Of a stretch of 47,153 nucleotides of DNA, positions 26,481 through 36,119 are shown in pieces. The DNA lies in IMG/VR virus record IMGVR_UViG_3300030372_004498, positions 1-47,153 of that record; one strand, given 5' to 3'. The stretch comes from a virus (taxonomy: Duplodnaviria > Caudoviricetes). Every line of letters starts with the position of its first letter. Within the stretch, counting starts at the first letter, position 1. A model generated the notes under the pieces. It did not search any database, was not told the origin of the DNA, and saw only the letters and a list, made by a program, of their open reading frames with translations. Position numbers and translations under genes: made by a program.

Positions 26481-28039
26481 GCTGCACCCCTCCTGCGAAA
26501 CCGCCGGGTTTCCCGGTCGACAAGAGAATAGGCGTCTTGCCTGACGGCCCCGGCAGGCGGGATGCTCATGTCAAACCAGCCAAAGGGTAGCTTGCTTGTC
26601 GGGTACACCCCCCGGAAGATCCCGTAGGCCCATTTGCGGGCGTGCTGCTCGCCCTTGCGTGTCCTCTCAGACGTGTATGCAAGAGCGGCTTCCCAAACCC
26701 TGCGAGGCTCGTTAAGGCACTCAGCGCGAAGGCCAGCGCGGGGCTGCATCGCAGACTTCATGCTGAACTCTTGCAACTCACCCTCGACGACTTGGATGCC
26801 AGAACGTGCGGGCTTCTCGAAACCGCATACCGTGCAGGTCGGGCCGCGCATTGCGCCGCTGCACTCCGGGCAAACCACCTTTTCCCGCTCGACCTCGTTG
26901 CGCTCGCGGGGCTGGCTGTCTTTCTTGGTCGACTTGTCTAATTCGCCCGCGCCGTTTTCCCACACGTCGAAAGTGTCCAAGGCAAACCGCTCAATATTCC
27001 CTGAGTGGCAAAGCCATAGGGCTAGGCTCTTGTCAGGATGCGTTCGCATGATGCGCCCGATTTCCTGCATGTGGCTGGAAAGGCTTTTCCGGTACGGCTT
27101 GCAGGAAATGCCGACTTTCACGTCTGGCACGTCAAAGCCCTTGGTTAGAACGCCACACGACACCAGCCCCATGATGCTGCTGTCAGGCTTGCGGAACTCG
27201 GCAATCTTCTCGGCCCGCTCGCTGTCGTCTTTGTCCATGTAGCTGATCTGTTGGAAGTTGAACCCGGCCTCTTTGAAGGCGGCGCACAACTCCCGGCCAT
27301 GCTCAACCGTGGGGCTAAAGACGATGGTTTTCGCAGGCCCGCCAAAATGCTCGTTAGTCTTGCCAACCCACTCTGAAACCACATCACCGATGATCTGGAT
27401 GCCTGCCGCCGTGGCGCTGCTGTCGGAAAACTCGCCGTTGCTTTTTACGCCAAGGTCAGCGTCGTCAGGCGACTTGGCGACATAGATTTTCGGCTCGATC
27501 AGGTGGCCTGCGTCGATCAGTTGCCGAGTTGGAATGACGTTCACCACATCGTCCCAATGCTCGCCCATACCCTTCGTGAATGGCGTAGCGGTCAAGCCAA
27601 CCTTCACCGCGTCGGGATACTTAGCCATGTATTCCAGCGTTGCTTTATATTGAGCGTGACACTCGTCGACGACGATCAGGTCAGGGTCACGCGGAAGGCG
27701 GCGTTTTGCGAGCGTTTGGGCGCTGCAAATTTGGACGTTCTCATTCGGCAACCAGCGGTCATTGATACCCTGCACAATGCCGTGCGGGATGCCGTATTCA
27801 TCGAACACCGCGCTTGTCTGGTCCACCAGCGCCACACGGTCGACGATGAACAGCGCATAACGGCCCTTGTGGCTCGCTTCTTTTAGCAGATGCGCCGCCG
27901 TGAGCGTTTTCCCAGCACCGGTTCCTGCGCAAAGAATGAGGCGCTTCTTTCCGCCCCGGATTCCATCACGCAAGCCCTCGATTGCGGTCGACTGATAGTC
28001 GCGCAGGCAAATTTCCTTTGGGGGTGTGAAATTCATCAT
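26477..28039 (-). CDS. SF2 DEAD/DEAH-box helicase with C-terminal zinc ribbon
   Basis: LRDYQ, GTGAGKT, DECH, LTATP, GFDVP, Q.IGR.MR, CPEC..C..CG. Confidence 0.92.
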   Translation of the reverse strand: MMNFTPPKEICLRDYQSTAIEGLRDGIRGGKKRLILCAGTGAGKTLTAAHLLKEASHKGRYALFIVDRVALVDQTSAVFDEYGIPHGIVQGINDRWLPNENVQICSAQTLAKRRLPRDPDLIVVDECHAQYKATLEYMAKYPDAVKVGLTATPFTKGMGEHWDDVVNVIPTRQLIDAGHLIEPKIYVAKSPDDADLGVKSNGEFSDSSATAAGIQIIGDVVSEWVGKTNEHFGGPAKTIVFSPTVEHGRELCAAFKEAGFNFQQISYMDKDDSERAEKIAEFRKPDSSIMGLVSCGVLTKGFDVPDVKVGISCKPYRKSLSSHMQEIGRIMRTHPDKSLALWLCHSGNIERFALDTFDVWENGAGELDKSTKKDSQPRERNEVEREKVVCPECSGAMRGPTCTVCGFEKPARSGIQVVEGELQEFSMKSAMQPRAGLRAECLNEPRRVWEAALAYTSERTRKGEQHARKWAYGIFRGVYPTSKLPFGWFDMSIPPAGAVRQDAYSLVDRETRRFRRRGAA

Positions 28040-28962
28040 TTCGACGCCCCCTTCAATGCCGCGTCACGCTCCTTTTTCACCGCGTAAAGCTGGCGATTGA
28101 AGGCGTCCCGATCTTCCAGCGCTTTCCATTTGGCGTTTTCGGCGTTCTTTACCGATGCTTGCAGGCGGCGAATAACAGCGTCCTTGTCGTTGCCTTCAAA
28201 GTCTCGCAGTTGTGCCTTGAGTGCCTTGGCTTCGGCCTCTGCCGCTTTGCGCTTGGCGGTTTCGTCGTCGAGATCGGCCCGCAACCCGTTAGCAAGATCA
28301 AGCAACGCTTCATCGGTCAGCTTGGCATAGCCGTAGGGGTCGGGTTCCGGTTCCGGCTCTGGATCGTCGGCAGGGATAGACGCAACGGCTTCTGTCGCCT
28401 CTTGCTCCGCCTTTTCGCGCTCTTGCGCAGCCTCAGCGGCCCGCGCCTCTGCCTCTTGCCGCTCAGCGTCGTCGCTTGCGGTTTCCAAAGCCTGTTTTGC
28501 CTCAGCCTCTACAGCCGCTTTCTTCTCGGCCTCAGCTTTTGCCGCCTCGGCCCGTTCCGTTGCCGCCTTGCGATCTTCCTCGGCCCGGATTCGCATAGCT
28601 TCATCGTGCGCAGCCTTTTCGCGCTCGGCCTCGATCTCTTTCCACTTGGCATGGATGCCGCGAATGGTGCGAGGGTTGCCGCGCTGGCGGGCCTCCTCGA
28701 ACTGGTCGGCGTTGGCTGCGGCCCACATGGCGGCAGCGCGGTCGTGACGATCCGCTGTGTCAAGTTGGCACAGCGCGACCCACTCTCCAAACTCCCGATC
28801 GCCCCGGAAGATTGCCCGTGCCTCATTCAGCGCAAAGCCAACAGCAAGCCACCCGCCTATACTGTTTTCCTCGCCTTGAGTGACACGCTCCAAGCCTTGC
28901 TTGGCTTCATCTGCCAACATGCTCAGACGCACGGCGTTTTCATTGTGTCCGCGATTGCTCAT
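28036..28962 (-). CDS. Hypothetical coiled-coil protein
   Basis: 308 aa, Ala/Glu-rich; G..L.EAR..F..DREFGEW N-terminal motif. Confidence 0.75.
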   Translation of the reverse strand: MSNRGHNENAVRLSMLADEAKQGLERVTQGEENSIGGWLAVGFALNEARAIFRGDREFGEWVALCQLDTADRHDRAAAMWAAANADQFEEARQRGNPRTIRGIHAKWKEIEAEREKAAHDEAMRIRAEEDRKAATERAEAAKAEAEKKAAVEAEAKQALETASDDAERQEAEARAAEAAQEREKAEQEATEAVASIPADDPEPEPEPDPYGYAKLTDEALLDLANGLRADLDDETAKRKAAEAEAKALKAQLRDFEGNDKDAVIRRLQASVKNAENAKWKALEDRDAFNRQLYAVKKERDAALKGASK

Positions 28963-29083
28963 TTGCCGCCTGCCTTGGCCTTCGCGACCAATTCAGCGGC
29001 AAGAGCACCCACCGACTTCCAATTGTCCTTGAATTTTACGACAGAATCGTCATATTGCTTCTCAAGCGTCATACCCATTCCTT

Positions 29084-29425
29084 TCATAGCTGGGTTTGAT
29101 TTGAGGACCGGGGCTGCTCGAACAGCTTCGGTCCTTTTTCGTTTGCGGTAAGAACGGCGAGGGCATCTTCCGCGCTGGTGACAACGCAAGCCTGTCCACA
29201 CCATACGCGGTGCCACTTCTCCTGCCAGCTTGTCAGCTTCTGCGCAGAAGGCACCTTGTCGCCGTCTTTGATCTCCATGAGCAGGTTGGCCCCGCGAAAG
29301 CCCACCAGCAGGTCAGGGCAACCCATGCCAACGCCATGCAGCGGCTGGACGGATGCCCCGGCCTTTCGTAGCGCCTGCATGATCTCGGCCTGATTGCTGT
29401 CTACCTTTGCCGCGCGTCTAGCCAT
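29084..29425 (-). CDS. VRR-NUC/PD-(D/E)xK Holliday-junction-resolvase-like nuclease
   Basis: D.NQ..I..ALR..GA.V...G.PDLLVG.....L.E.K. Confidence 0.82.
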   Translation of the reverse strand: MARRAAKVDSNQAEIMQALRKAGASVQPLHGVGMGCPDLLVGFRGANLLMEIKDGDKVPSAQKLTSWQEKWHRVWCGQACVVTSAEDALAVLTANEKGPKLFEQPRSSNQTQL

Positions 29426-29627
29426 GTGCCTGCGCCTCCATCGAATAGCTTGCGACCCGCGCCCCGGTGTCTGTCTCGACGCGGGCGGTGTGGATCTTGT
29501 GGCCAGCTTGCTTGAGGTCATACACACGCGCCCCAAGGCGAAAGCAGCCGAACTCCCGCAGCGCGTCCATCGGCGTGATGTGACGGCCTGCCTTGAGGGC
29601 GGAGAGGATTTGGTCGGTCTGGGTCAC
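29418..29627 (-). CDS. HTH_39-type DNA-binding protein
   Basis: TQ..QIL..L..G..IT..DAL..FGC.RL.AR..DL...G..I. Confidence 0.8.
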   Translation of the reverse strand: MTQTDQILSALKAGRHITPMDALREFGCFRLGARVYDLKQAGHKIHTARVETDTGARVASYSMEAQAHG

Positions 29628-29893
29628 TACTTGCCCTCAAACTTGGTGCAGGCACGTGCGCGAGGGCCGTCAAACAGCGCCCCCGGTTTCCGCGTGTGGG
29701 CTTTAACCAGAGCGCAGCGGCCAAAGCCCTTAGACTTGCCCTGCGTGACCTTGCCATCCTGATAGAATTTGCAGGCCGTGCAGGTCTGGCGCTTAGACAG
29801 GTCAACCCATGTGATCTGCCCTGCCATGGTCAGCGACATGCGGGATGCGAGGTTACTGCCCTCTAGCGGTGCGTTGGTTAGGTGCTGGGTCAT
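29627..29893 (-). CDS. Cys-rich hypothetical protein
   Basis: TCTACKF...GRC...AC.KF. Confidence 0.7.
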   Translation of the reverse strand: MTQHLTNAPLEGSNLASRMSLTMAGQITWVDLSKRQTCTACKFYQDGKVTQGKSKGFGRCALVKAHTRKPGALFDGPRARACTKFEGK

Positions 29894-30243
29894 TCCGATG
29901 CCTCCAGCGCTTCTTGCAGGCGGGCAACCGCATCGTCAGCAAAGTCGCCAGCGGTCAAGAAAGCTCGGACTTCATCGCGCAGAGCGGAAAGCAGGCTTTC
30001 AGCCGCGTCCCGGTCTTCCTCTGCGGCTCTTACCTCGTCGCGCAACTCGTCAATCTCGTCGCCCAATTCCTTAACTTCGGCTTCAAGGCCCCCAACCTGC
30101 GCTTCTAGTTCGTCGTCAACCTCGTCGCGGAACCACTCGCCCTTGAACTCGGAAGGGAACGGGCTGTGAAACTTGATTTCGCCAATCGGGAGGTATTGCT
30201 GAATGACTGTGCCATCCGCGCGAATTTCAATCGAACTCGACAT
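29890..30243 (-). CDS. Hypothetical coiled-coil protein
   Basis: AGGAG SD before ATG 30243; acidic coiled coil. Confidence 0.7.
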   Translation of the reverse strand: MSSSIEIRADGTVIQQYLPIGEIKFHSPFPSEFKGEWFRDEVDDELEAQVGGLEAEVKELGDEIDELRDEVRAAEEDRDAAESLLSALRDEVRAFLTAGDFADDAVARLQEALEASE

Positions 30244-30575
30244 GCTCAAAGCTCCTGTGATGTGATGAAAGGACGGGGCCAGCCGAAGCCAGCCCCGCAA
30301 GTTGGCGCAGGCGAATGCGCAGGGAGGAGCGCCATGAATGACGCGGTAACGTGCCGCCGCGCCTCGGATGCTGTGGGGGTCATGCTCAACGCCATTCCTC
30401 CCAATTGCCCTCTTGCACGTCCAAGGACACCGCCCCGCGCTTCGTCCCGCCATCCTTGGGGATGAAGTGAGGCGGGTGAGTGCGCTTGCCCGAAGCGTGA
30501 ACCTCGGCGCAGGTCGGGCATTCATCGGCTGAGAAGATTGTGCAGCAGTACCGGCATTGGCGTGTGGTCATTGCG

Positions 30576-30830
30576 CTACACCCCTTGCGAAGAAGTGCTT
30601 GCATTCACATCTTCTTTGTGCCGGGCGGCACTTGCCCCCTTCTCAGGAGGATTACTGCGCATGAACTTTTCCAGCCTAGAAACATCTGCATCCGTTTGCG
30701 CGGCGCGGCGTTTCAGGCGATCATATAGGCGCGGGTTGCGGGTTGCGGCGCGGCAAACAGCCTCCGGTGTAAGTCCGGTGCTTTCTGCATACGTCTCGAC
30801 TTTGCGGAGGAGCTTGTGAAGATCATTCAT
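30576..30830 (-). CDS. cro: Cro-like repressor
   Basis: LL.KVE.YA..TG..PE.VCR.A..NPRL.DRL; divergent from the CI-like gene. Confidence 0.7.
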   Translation of the reverse strand: MNDLHKLLRKVETYAESTGLTPEAVCRAATRNPRLYDRLKRRAAQTDADVSRLEKFMRSNPPEKGASAARHKEDVNASTSSQGV

Positions 30831-30840
30831 ACTTCGCAAT

Positions 30841-30904
30841 GTGCCAAAAGGCACGAGGAAAAGCAAGTGCCAATTGCCACATTGCGCAATATGCCCATTG
30901 GCAG
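30841..30904. promoter_or_regulatory. OR-like operators (3 copies)
   Basis: GTGCCAAAAGGCAC 30841, GTGCCAATTGCCAC 30867, ATGCCCATTGGCAG 30891; palindromic consensus GTGCC-N4-GGCAC. Confidence 0.8.
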
Positions 30905-30917
30905 TCTAAATCACTGC

Positions 30918-31259
30918 ATGGACAGAGATTTTCGCACCGCTCTCGAATGGCACATGGAACGCGACGGCACGACCATCGCCGACCTTGCGCGGAAAACTGG
31001 CGTTTCTCGTGACATTATCAACAAGCTGCTTGGCCGGGGCCGAGACGTTCAAAAGAAGTCGTCGACAGCTGTTGAGAACGCCATACTTATTGCCGCATAT
31101 TACGGGAAAACTGTTGAGCAGTTCATAAACATGGATGAAGGCGCGTCGGTTAGCCGCCTGAACAGCCTTGCTGGAATGTTGAGTTCTGACGAAGCAGAAT
31201 TACTTGAGATTCAAGCGCGGGCGATCCTGCAAAGGCGCGGCGTTCAAGTCGCTGATTAA
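30918..31259 (+). CDS. cI: CI-like XRE HTH repressor lacking an S24 peptidase domain
   Basis: TIADLARKTGVSRDIINKL HTH; only 113 aa; flanked by operators. Confidence 0.75.
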   Translation: MDRDFRTALEWHMERDGTTIADLARKTGVSRDIINKLLGRGRDVQKKSSTAVENAILIAAYYGKTVEQFINMDEGASVSRLNSLAGMLSSDEAELLEIQARAILQRRGVQVAD

Positions 31260-31402
31260 TCCACACCATCAGCGCTTTAACGTCTGGTTCGTCTAACTTA
31301 TCGACGTGCTGCATGTACTAAAATCCCCACACCTTCTGATTGAATAAGGACAGACTAGGGCGGCGTTCTAGTTATGTCCATTTCTTTGTTAACTAAGATG
31401 AT

Positions 31403-31446
31403 GTGCCAATAGTCACATTTTTCTCTTGCAATGTGCCAAATGGCAC
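31403..31446. promoter_or_regulatory. OL-like operators (2 copies)
   Basis: GTGCCAATAGTCAC 31403, GTGCCAAATGGCAC 31433. Confidence 0.8.
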
Positions 31447-31503
31447 GCTACCTTGTCCATACAGGCCACAACGGCCAGCCACAAGGCACATGGAGAGAAC
31501 GCA

Positions 31504-31767
31504 ATGCAAATCACTGAACTGACAATCAAGTCGAAATACTCTTGGAAGGCGATAGCGGAGGACAACCCCCTGCAAGCTGTCGTCAAGCTGAGCAGCCGGG
31601 AGGCGTCGGTTGAGACGATCATCCCCGAAGAAATGATGCAGCCGCTGATCGAGATGGTTTCCGGCATCGTGTCGGACGCCGCCCAACGGAACGTCGCAGA
31701 ATTTGCGGCCCATGTTTCTGCACTTCCCGCTTCTAAGCAAGCCAGCCTTGAAGGGAGCGTGTCGTGA
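31504..31767 (+). CDS. Hypothetical early protein
   Basis: GGAG SD; first gene after OL. Confidence 0.75.
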   Translation: MQITELTIKSKYSWKAIAEDNPLQAVVKLSSREASVETIIPEEMMQPLIEMVSGIVSDAAQRNVAEFAAHVSALPASKQASLEGSVS

Positions 31768-31952
31768 AACATTCAGCCTTCGACACCAACGACCCCGCCA
31801 GCTTCCTCGCACTCACGGAGGCAGGCTTGCGGGCCTTTGACCGCTACCACCGCAATCTCGAAGCGCGGACCGTCACGCTATCCCAAGCAGACTGGCACCG
31901 CGTAGACGACGAGCAGACGCCCCCTAGTGCGGCGCAGGCGGTGGCGTCGTGA
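31764..31952 (+). CDS. Hypothetical protein
   Basis: GTGA-coupled. Confidence 0.6.
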   Translation: MKHSAFDTNDPASFLALTEAGLRAFDRYHRNLEARTVTLSQADWHRVDDEQTPPSAAQAVAS

Positions 31953-32461
31953 CCCATTACCGCACATGCAACGGATGCATCCTTGAGGGCAAGAAGTGCG
32001 AGCGCCGAGAGGCTTTGCGCGACAGCATCAAGGGGCTTGGCGTCACGTCGATCAAGTTCAACTGCGCCGCACGCTCCCCTCTTTACCACACGGGTCAACG
32101 CGTTTCATTCCAGTGGTGGGCGCTCGGAGAGCCGGACCACTACGGCGAATGCGACAGTTATGAACTTCGCTTTCTCGGCACGGTCATTTCGGAGACAGCA
32201 AACGGGAACGCCTATGTCGTTAAGGTTGACGCTGGCGAGAGCCTAGAGTCCGACGAAGATCCTTTACTGGCCGAAGATGTTTTCCGCAACAAAGACCTAA
32301 TCATCAAGGTCAAGCGCCGGAAGATGCGACCGACCGGCGAGCCTAGCGTTGTTGCTTGCGCTGTCTGCGCCGGGATTGGCCCCGATAGCGACCGATGCTT
32401 TGCGGGCCAAGAGTACATGACCCCCGGCCCTAACGCACTATGCGCAGAGGCAACCCAATGA
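31949..32461 (+). CDS. Cys-rich hypothetical protein
   Basis: 170 aa; GTGA-coupled. Confidence 0.7.
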   Translation: MTHYRTCNGCILEGKKCERREALRDSIKGLGVTSIKFNCAARSPLYHTGQRVSFQWWALGEPDHYGECDSYELRFLGTVISETANGNAYVVKVDAGESLESDEDPLLAEDVFRNKDLIIKVKRRKMRPTGEPSVVACAVCAGIGPDSDRCFAGQEYMTPGPNALCAEATQ

Positions 32462-32646
32462 CCCCCCGCTGGACCGCCCAAGGCGACGGGCTGTTCACCG
32501 CCCCCGGAGGCTACGCAGCAGAGCAGCAGCACAGCCCGCTGAGTGACGTTTACACGCTGATCCTGCCAAGCGGTGCCAAGCATACCGGGACCGCGCAGGA
32601 ATGCCGCCAGATCGCGGCGCAACACGCACAGGAGAACGCAGCATGA
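32458..32646 (+). CDS. Hypothetical protein
   Basis: ATGA-coupled. Confidence 0.6.
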   Translation: MTPRWTAQGDGLFTAPGGYAAEQQHSPLSDVYTLILPSGAKHTGTAQECRQIAAQHAQENAA

Positions 32647-32906
32647 CTTGCCCGAATTGCAACCTAGACAACCTCAAGACGGTTGATAGCCGCCCGAAAA
32701 AAAAGCCGATCCTGAGGGCGCGACTCAAGCTGTGCCTCGAATGCGGCCACAAGTTCACCACTCACGAGCTTATCGTTGGCGAGGGCGGCGAAGGGGTGGC
32801 GCACAGTAAGTTGGCGACGGTTAGGTTTCTGAGGGACTTGGATGCTGCCGCGCGTGAACACTTTGGAGATGAAAATGGGTTTCTTAGAGTTGGGGGGCGC
32901 GTATGA
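32643..32906 (+). CDS. NrdR-N-like zinc-ribbon protein
   Basis: M.CP.C......VDSR......R...C.ECG.KFTT.E; no ATP cone. Confidence 0.75.
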   Translation: MTCPNCNLDNLKTVDSRPKKKPILRARLKLCLECGHKFTTHELIVGEGGEGVAHSKLATVRFLRDLDAAAREHFGDENGFLRVGGRV

Positions 32907-33226
32907 CCCTTCACCAGCCTATCCCACCGGTGCCGCTATCACAGCCCGCGCCGATGTATCTCAAGCAAGCCCCGCTGTCTGACAGTGAATGCGACGTAAC
33001 AGACGCATGGAACGAGCGGAGCGATCCTGAGAACGAGGAAGGCGCGATTGTGACAGCCTTCTTTGAGCACGCAACCGACCACGGGCAGACGCAGGCCACC
33101 ATGATCGGCCTGTCGATCGAAGAAGACGGGCTGACGCTATTTTACACCGGCTATGGGGCGCTCGCAATGCTTGGAACGCAGGCAGTTTGCTGGATTGAGC
33201 AAGTTCACGGGGAGACGCTGCAATGA
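32903..33226 (+). CDS. Hypothetical protein
   Basis: 107 aa, coupled. Confidence 0.7.
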   Translation: MTLHQPIPPVPLSQPAPMYLKQAPLSDSECDVTDAWNERSDPENEEGAIVTAFFEHATDHGQTQATMIGLSIEEDGLTLFYTGYGALAMLGTQAVCWIEQVHGETLQ

Positions 33227-33657
33227 CCGCGCAACGCTGCCGCCACTTTCTCGGCATGTACCCCGACGACCGCCCGTCATGTGCCATTGGCAGAGACGTT
33301 AGAGCGTGGGCCGTCCGCTGCAATGGCGGGTCAGAGCATGGCATCGCACTGCGCCTGCCTTGCACCAAGATTGGCGACGAAAAGCCACTCTTTAATTGCC
33401 CGCAGGTTGACAGAAAAACAGAAGCTGAAGTCGCAGCCGACCGTGAGGCAATGTCTAAGCATATGGACCGCATCATGGGCGGTATGGAGGCAATTAACCG
33501 GCTCAAGCGAAAGATGATCGACGGGCAGCACAGAAGCGCCAAAGCGACTTGCCCATGGTGCGGAGAGAAAGGTGCCCTCCGGCTTTCCTGCGCTATCGGC
33601 GTCAATAACCACATCCACGCCAAGTGCACCGCCTGCAATGAAGGAATTATGGAATGA
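33223..33657 (+). CDS. Zinc-binding hypothetical protein
   Basis: CPWCG...NNHIHA.C..C. Confidence 0.7.
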   Translation: MTAQRCRHFLGMYPDDRPSCAIGRDVRAWAVRCNGGSEHGIALRLPCTKIGDEKPLFNCPQVDRKTEAEVAADREAMSKHMDRIMGGMEAINRLKRKMIDGQHRSAKATCPWCGEKGALRLSCAIGVNNHIHAKCTACNEGIME

Positions 33658-33839
33658 TCACCCCCTCACAGCCTTCCCGCGCAGTCCGCGACCAAGACGC
33701 CCCCGCGCCCACATTCGGCTTTGCTATGGCTGTTATCATCGGCTTGGGCATTGCGGTTCTGCTGCACCACATCGACGCCCGCAGTGAACACGCGCGATGG
33801 GAGGCGACTTTCGCCCCCTGCACATCGGCGCGGTGCTGA
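33654..33839 (+). CDS. Small membrane protein
   Basis: Single hydrophobic segment FGFAMAVIIGLGIAVLL. Confidence 0.65.
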   Translation: MITPSQPSRAVRDQDAPAPTFGFAMAVIIGLGIAVLLHHIDARSEHARWEATFAPCTSARC

Positions 33840-33840
33840 C

Positions 33841-34044
33841 ATGAAACACGCTGCCGACTTCACACCCGCAGTCACGCGCCACCCTACGCCAGCACAGATA
33901 CGCGGCGAGATAATGGACCGGCTCATGGCTGACTACGCAAAGCACCCGCAAGGCGGAGACGTGGCATTCATCCCTAACCGGGTTCATCGGCTGGTGAATG
34001 ACGCAATCACCGCAGCCTGCGAGAAATACGGGGTCTACCCATGA
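33841..34044 (+). CDS. Hypothetical protein
   Basis: MKHAADFTP..., packed in the operon. Confidence 0.6.
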   Translation: MKHAADFTPAVTRHPTPAQIRGEIMDRLMADYAKHPQGGDVAFIPNRVHRLVNDAITAACEKYGVYP

Positions 34045-34247
34045 AAGACCTGCCCCCCAACCGCACGTTTGGCCGCCGTGACGCCTTCCACAGCATAGCC
34101 CTACAGCCGCTCGAATGGATCACCAAGAGCCTGCGCATGGGTGATGGCTGGGACTTGGCCGAACTGACGCCCTTTGTGAACCGCTGCCGCGCTCTGGTGG
34201 CCGCATATGACGCCCGCATTGAAGCGGCGCAGGAGGAAAGCAAATGA
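34041..34247 (+). CDS. Hypothetical protein
   Basis: ATGA-coupled. Confidence 0.65.
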   Translation: MKDLPPNRTFGRRDAFHSIALQPLEWITKSLRMGDGWDLAELTPFVNRCRALVAAYDARIEAAQEESK

Positions 34248-34900
34248 ACTGGGAAACCGTAACCGAACAACTCAAAGCCCCGCTTGATCCGAAAGCTATC
34301 AAGCCGCCGCCACAAGGCAAGTACGGCGAGTATGTGGACGGGCTGCACGTGATCCGTGAGGCCAACCGCATCTTCGGCTTTAACGGCTGGTCTTATACCG
34401 TCGAACGGCTGGAGCGGACGCACTATGGCGAGGTCGAATTGAAGGGCCGCGACGGGCCATATACGCAGCTTCGTTGCTCCTACCTCTGCGCCGTTCGCGT
34501 CAACGTCGATGGCGTAACCCGCGAAGGGCTGGCCGTGGGCGTTGGCAACGGCAAGCCGGAGAACGCAGGCGACGTGATCGAAAGCGCCGTGAAAGAGGCC
34601 GAGACAGACGCGCTTAAACGCGCGCTTCGCAGCTTCGGCAACACATTCGGACTAGCTCTCTATGACAAAGACAAGAGCGCCCGCGAGGTCGGCACCCCGT
34701 TTGACGCAACGGAGAACCGCGACCGGATGCTTGCGGCAATCAACAGGCAAACCAACCCCGACGAACTGGACGGGCTTTGGAAGCACAAGGCGTTTACCGC
34801 GACTTTCGCCAAGCTACCCGAACCGATGCAGCACGAACTTAACGCTGCATACACAGCCCGCATGGGCGCAATCACCGAAGAAGAAAAGGACGCCGCATAA
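34244..34900 (+). CDS. sak: Sak (Rad52/22-family) single-strand annealing protein
   Basis: YVDG.HVI.EANRIFGFNGWS, REG...G.G, A.KEAETDALKRALR.FGN.FGL.LYDK. Confidence 0.92.
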   Translation: MNWETVTEQLKAPLDPKAIKPPPQGKYGEYVDGLHVIREANRIFGFNGWSYTVERLERTHYGEVELKGRDGPYTQLRCSYLCAVRVNVDGVTREGLAVGVGNGKPENAGDVIESAVKEAETDALKRALRSFGNTFGLALYDKDKSAREVGTPFDATENRDRMLAAINRQTNPDELDGLWKHKAFTATFAKLPEPMQHELNAAYTARMGAITEEEKDAA

Positions 34901-35205
34901 TGGCTACTACACACGTCTATGACCTCGCAGTGAAAACTGGCGAATACGAAAGCAACGGGCAAACCAAGTCACGCTATGAAAACGTGGGCAAGGTTCTGCG
35001 CAATGACAACGGCCAATTCATGCTGCTGAAAAAGACGTTCAACCCGGCGGGCGTCGATAGTAACGGCGATATGATTATGGTGTCGATGTTTGAGCCGCGC
35101 CAGCGTGACGGGCAGCAATCCCAAGGCGGGGGCCAGCAGCAGGGCGGATACGGAGGGGGCGGACAGCCAAGCAACCGCGACCTAGACGATTCCATCCCTT
35201 TTTAG
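34900..35205 (+). CDS. ssb: Single-stranded DNA-binding protein (phage type)
   Basis: Gly/Gln-rich linker and acidic LDDSIPF tail; follows sak. Confidence 0.75.
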   Translation: MATTHVYDLAVKTGEYESNGQTKSRYENVGKVLRNDNGQFMLLKKTFNPAGVDSNGDMIMVSMFEPRQRDGQQSQGGGQQQGGYGGGGQPSNRDLDDSIPF

Positions 35206-35227
35206 GTGATGAAATACCGCAAAAAGG

Positions 35228-35256
35228 TTGTCTAAATGTTTGATTTAGCTTACAAT
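35228..35256 (+). promoter_or_regulatory. Sigma70-type promoter of HNH moron 2
   Basis: TTGTCT-17 bp-TACAAT. Confidence 0.65.
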
Positions 35257-35325
35257 AAGGCGGCAGACAGGGGGTCTCTCACCACCCCCTGCCAACCTAA
35301 CCAATGTCGCCAATGGAGGGCGCTT

Positions 35326-35901
35326 ATGGCTATCGAACAGATAACCCCCAGGGGGGATGATTCACAACATCTCGGAACCGAAATCTGGAAACCTGTGCCA
35401 AGTGAGCCGGGGGTTCTGGCAAGTTCGTGGGGTAGAGTCCTGCTGGCACCGGGTTATGCGCCCCTGCCAAATGGAGGGTTTCGACTTTACGCGCCGGAGC
35501 CTCGGCTTGGGAATGTTTCGAAATCTTCGAAGACAGCGCGACATGAATACAGGCTTGTCATGGTGAAAAGGTATGACGATCACCGGAGGCAAGCGCCGCG
35601 AAAGGTTCACCAGCTTGTTTGCGAGGCGTTCCATGGCCCTAAACCCTTTGAGACTGCGGTTGTTATCCACAAGGATGAAGACGCTCTAAACAATCGCCCC
35701 GAAAACCTCAAATGGGGCACCCAGAAAGAGAACCTGAACGCGCCGAAGTTCAAGGCATCCAAGCTAAAGGCCCCTCTAATCAAAAGGTGCATTCATTGCG
35801 GGTCGGACTTCCGCCGCAGGGATAAGGCGCAAAAATACTGCTCAAGCAAATGCTACGGGGCATCAAATCGAAAGTCTGGGGTCGCCCCTGAATGGCGGTG
35901 A
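35326..35901 (+). CDS. NUMOD4-HNH homing endonuclease
   Basis: EIWKPVP.....LASS.GRV (NUMOD4); VHQLV.EAFHGP......H.D....NN..ENL.WGT.KEN; C-terminal C..CG...KYCS..C. Confidence 0.9.
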   Translation: MAIEQITPRGDDSQHLGTEIWKPVPSEPGVLASSWGRVLLAPGYAPLPNGGFRLYAPEPRLGNVSKSSKTARHEYRLVMVKRYDDHRRQAPRKVHQLVCEAFHGPKPFETAVVIHKDEDALNNRPENLKWGTQKENLNAPKFKASKLKAPLIKRCIHCGSDFRRRDKAQKYCSSKCYGASNRKSGVAPEWR

Positions 35902-36119
35902 CACCCCACGGGCGGGCCTACCTGATCCGCCGGATAAACAGCGCCCGCAGCGTGAAAGCGTTGCGGGAGTGGTGGGCGAATAATCTTGGCGACACCTACC
36001 GAAACGACCCCGAATTGATCGCAGCGGCAAAGGCAAAGAAGGACGCACTAGATGGCAACGCGAACCGTGACCAACCCAGAGCAGCTAGACAGCCTGATCG
36101 CCCTTCTAAGAGCGCGTGA
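35892..36119 (+). CDS. Hypothetical protein
   Basis: 75 aa in the operon. Confidence 0.6.
   Translation: MAVTPHGRAYLIRRINSARSVKALREWWANNLGDTYRNDPELIAAAKAKKDALDGNANRDQPRAARQPDRPSKSA

Noticed and set aside
35209-35235. ATG AAA TAC CGC AAA AAG GTT GTC TAA (MKYRKKVV) as the remnant of a gene truncated by HNH2
   Set aside because: It resembles a common phage N-terminus but is only 8 codons and overlaps the promoter; too little evidence.
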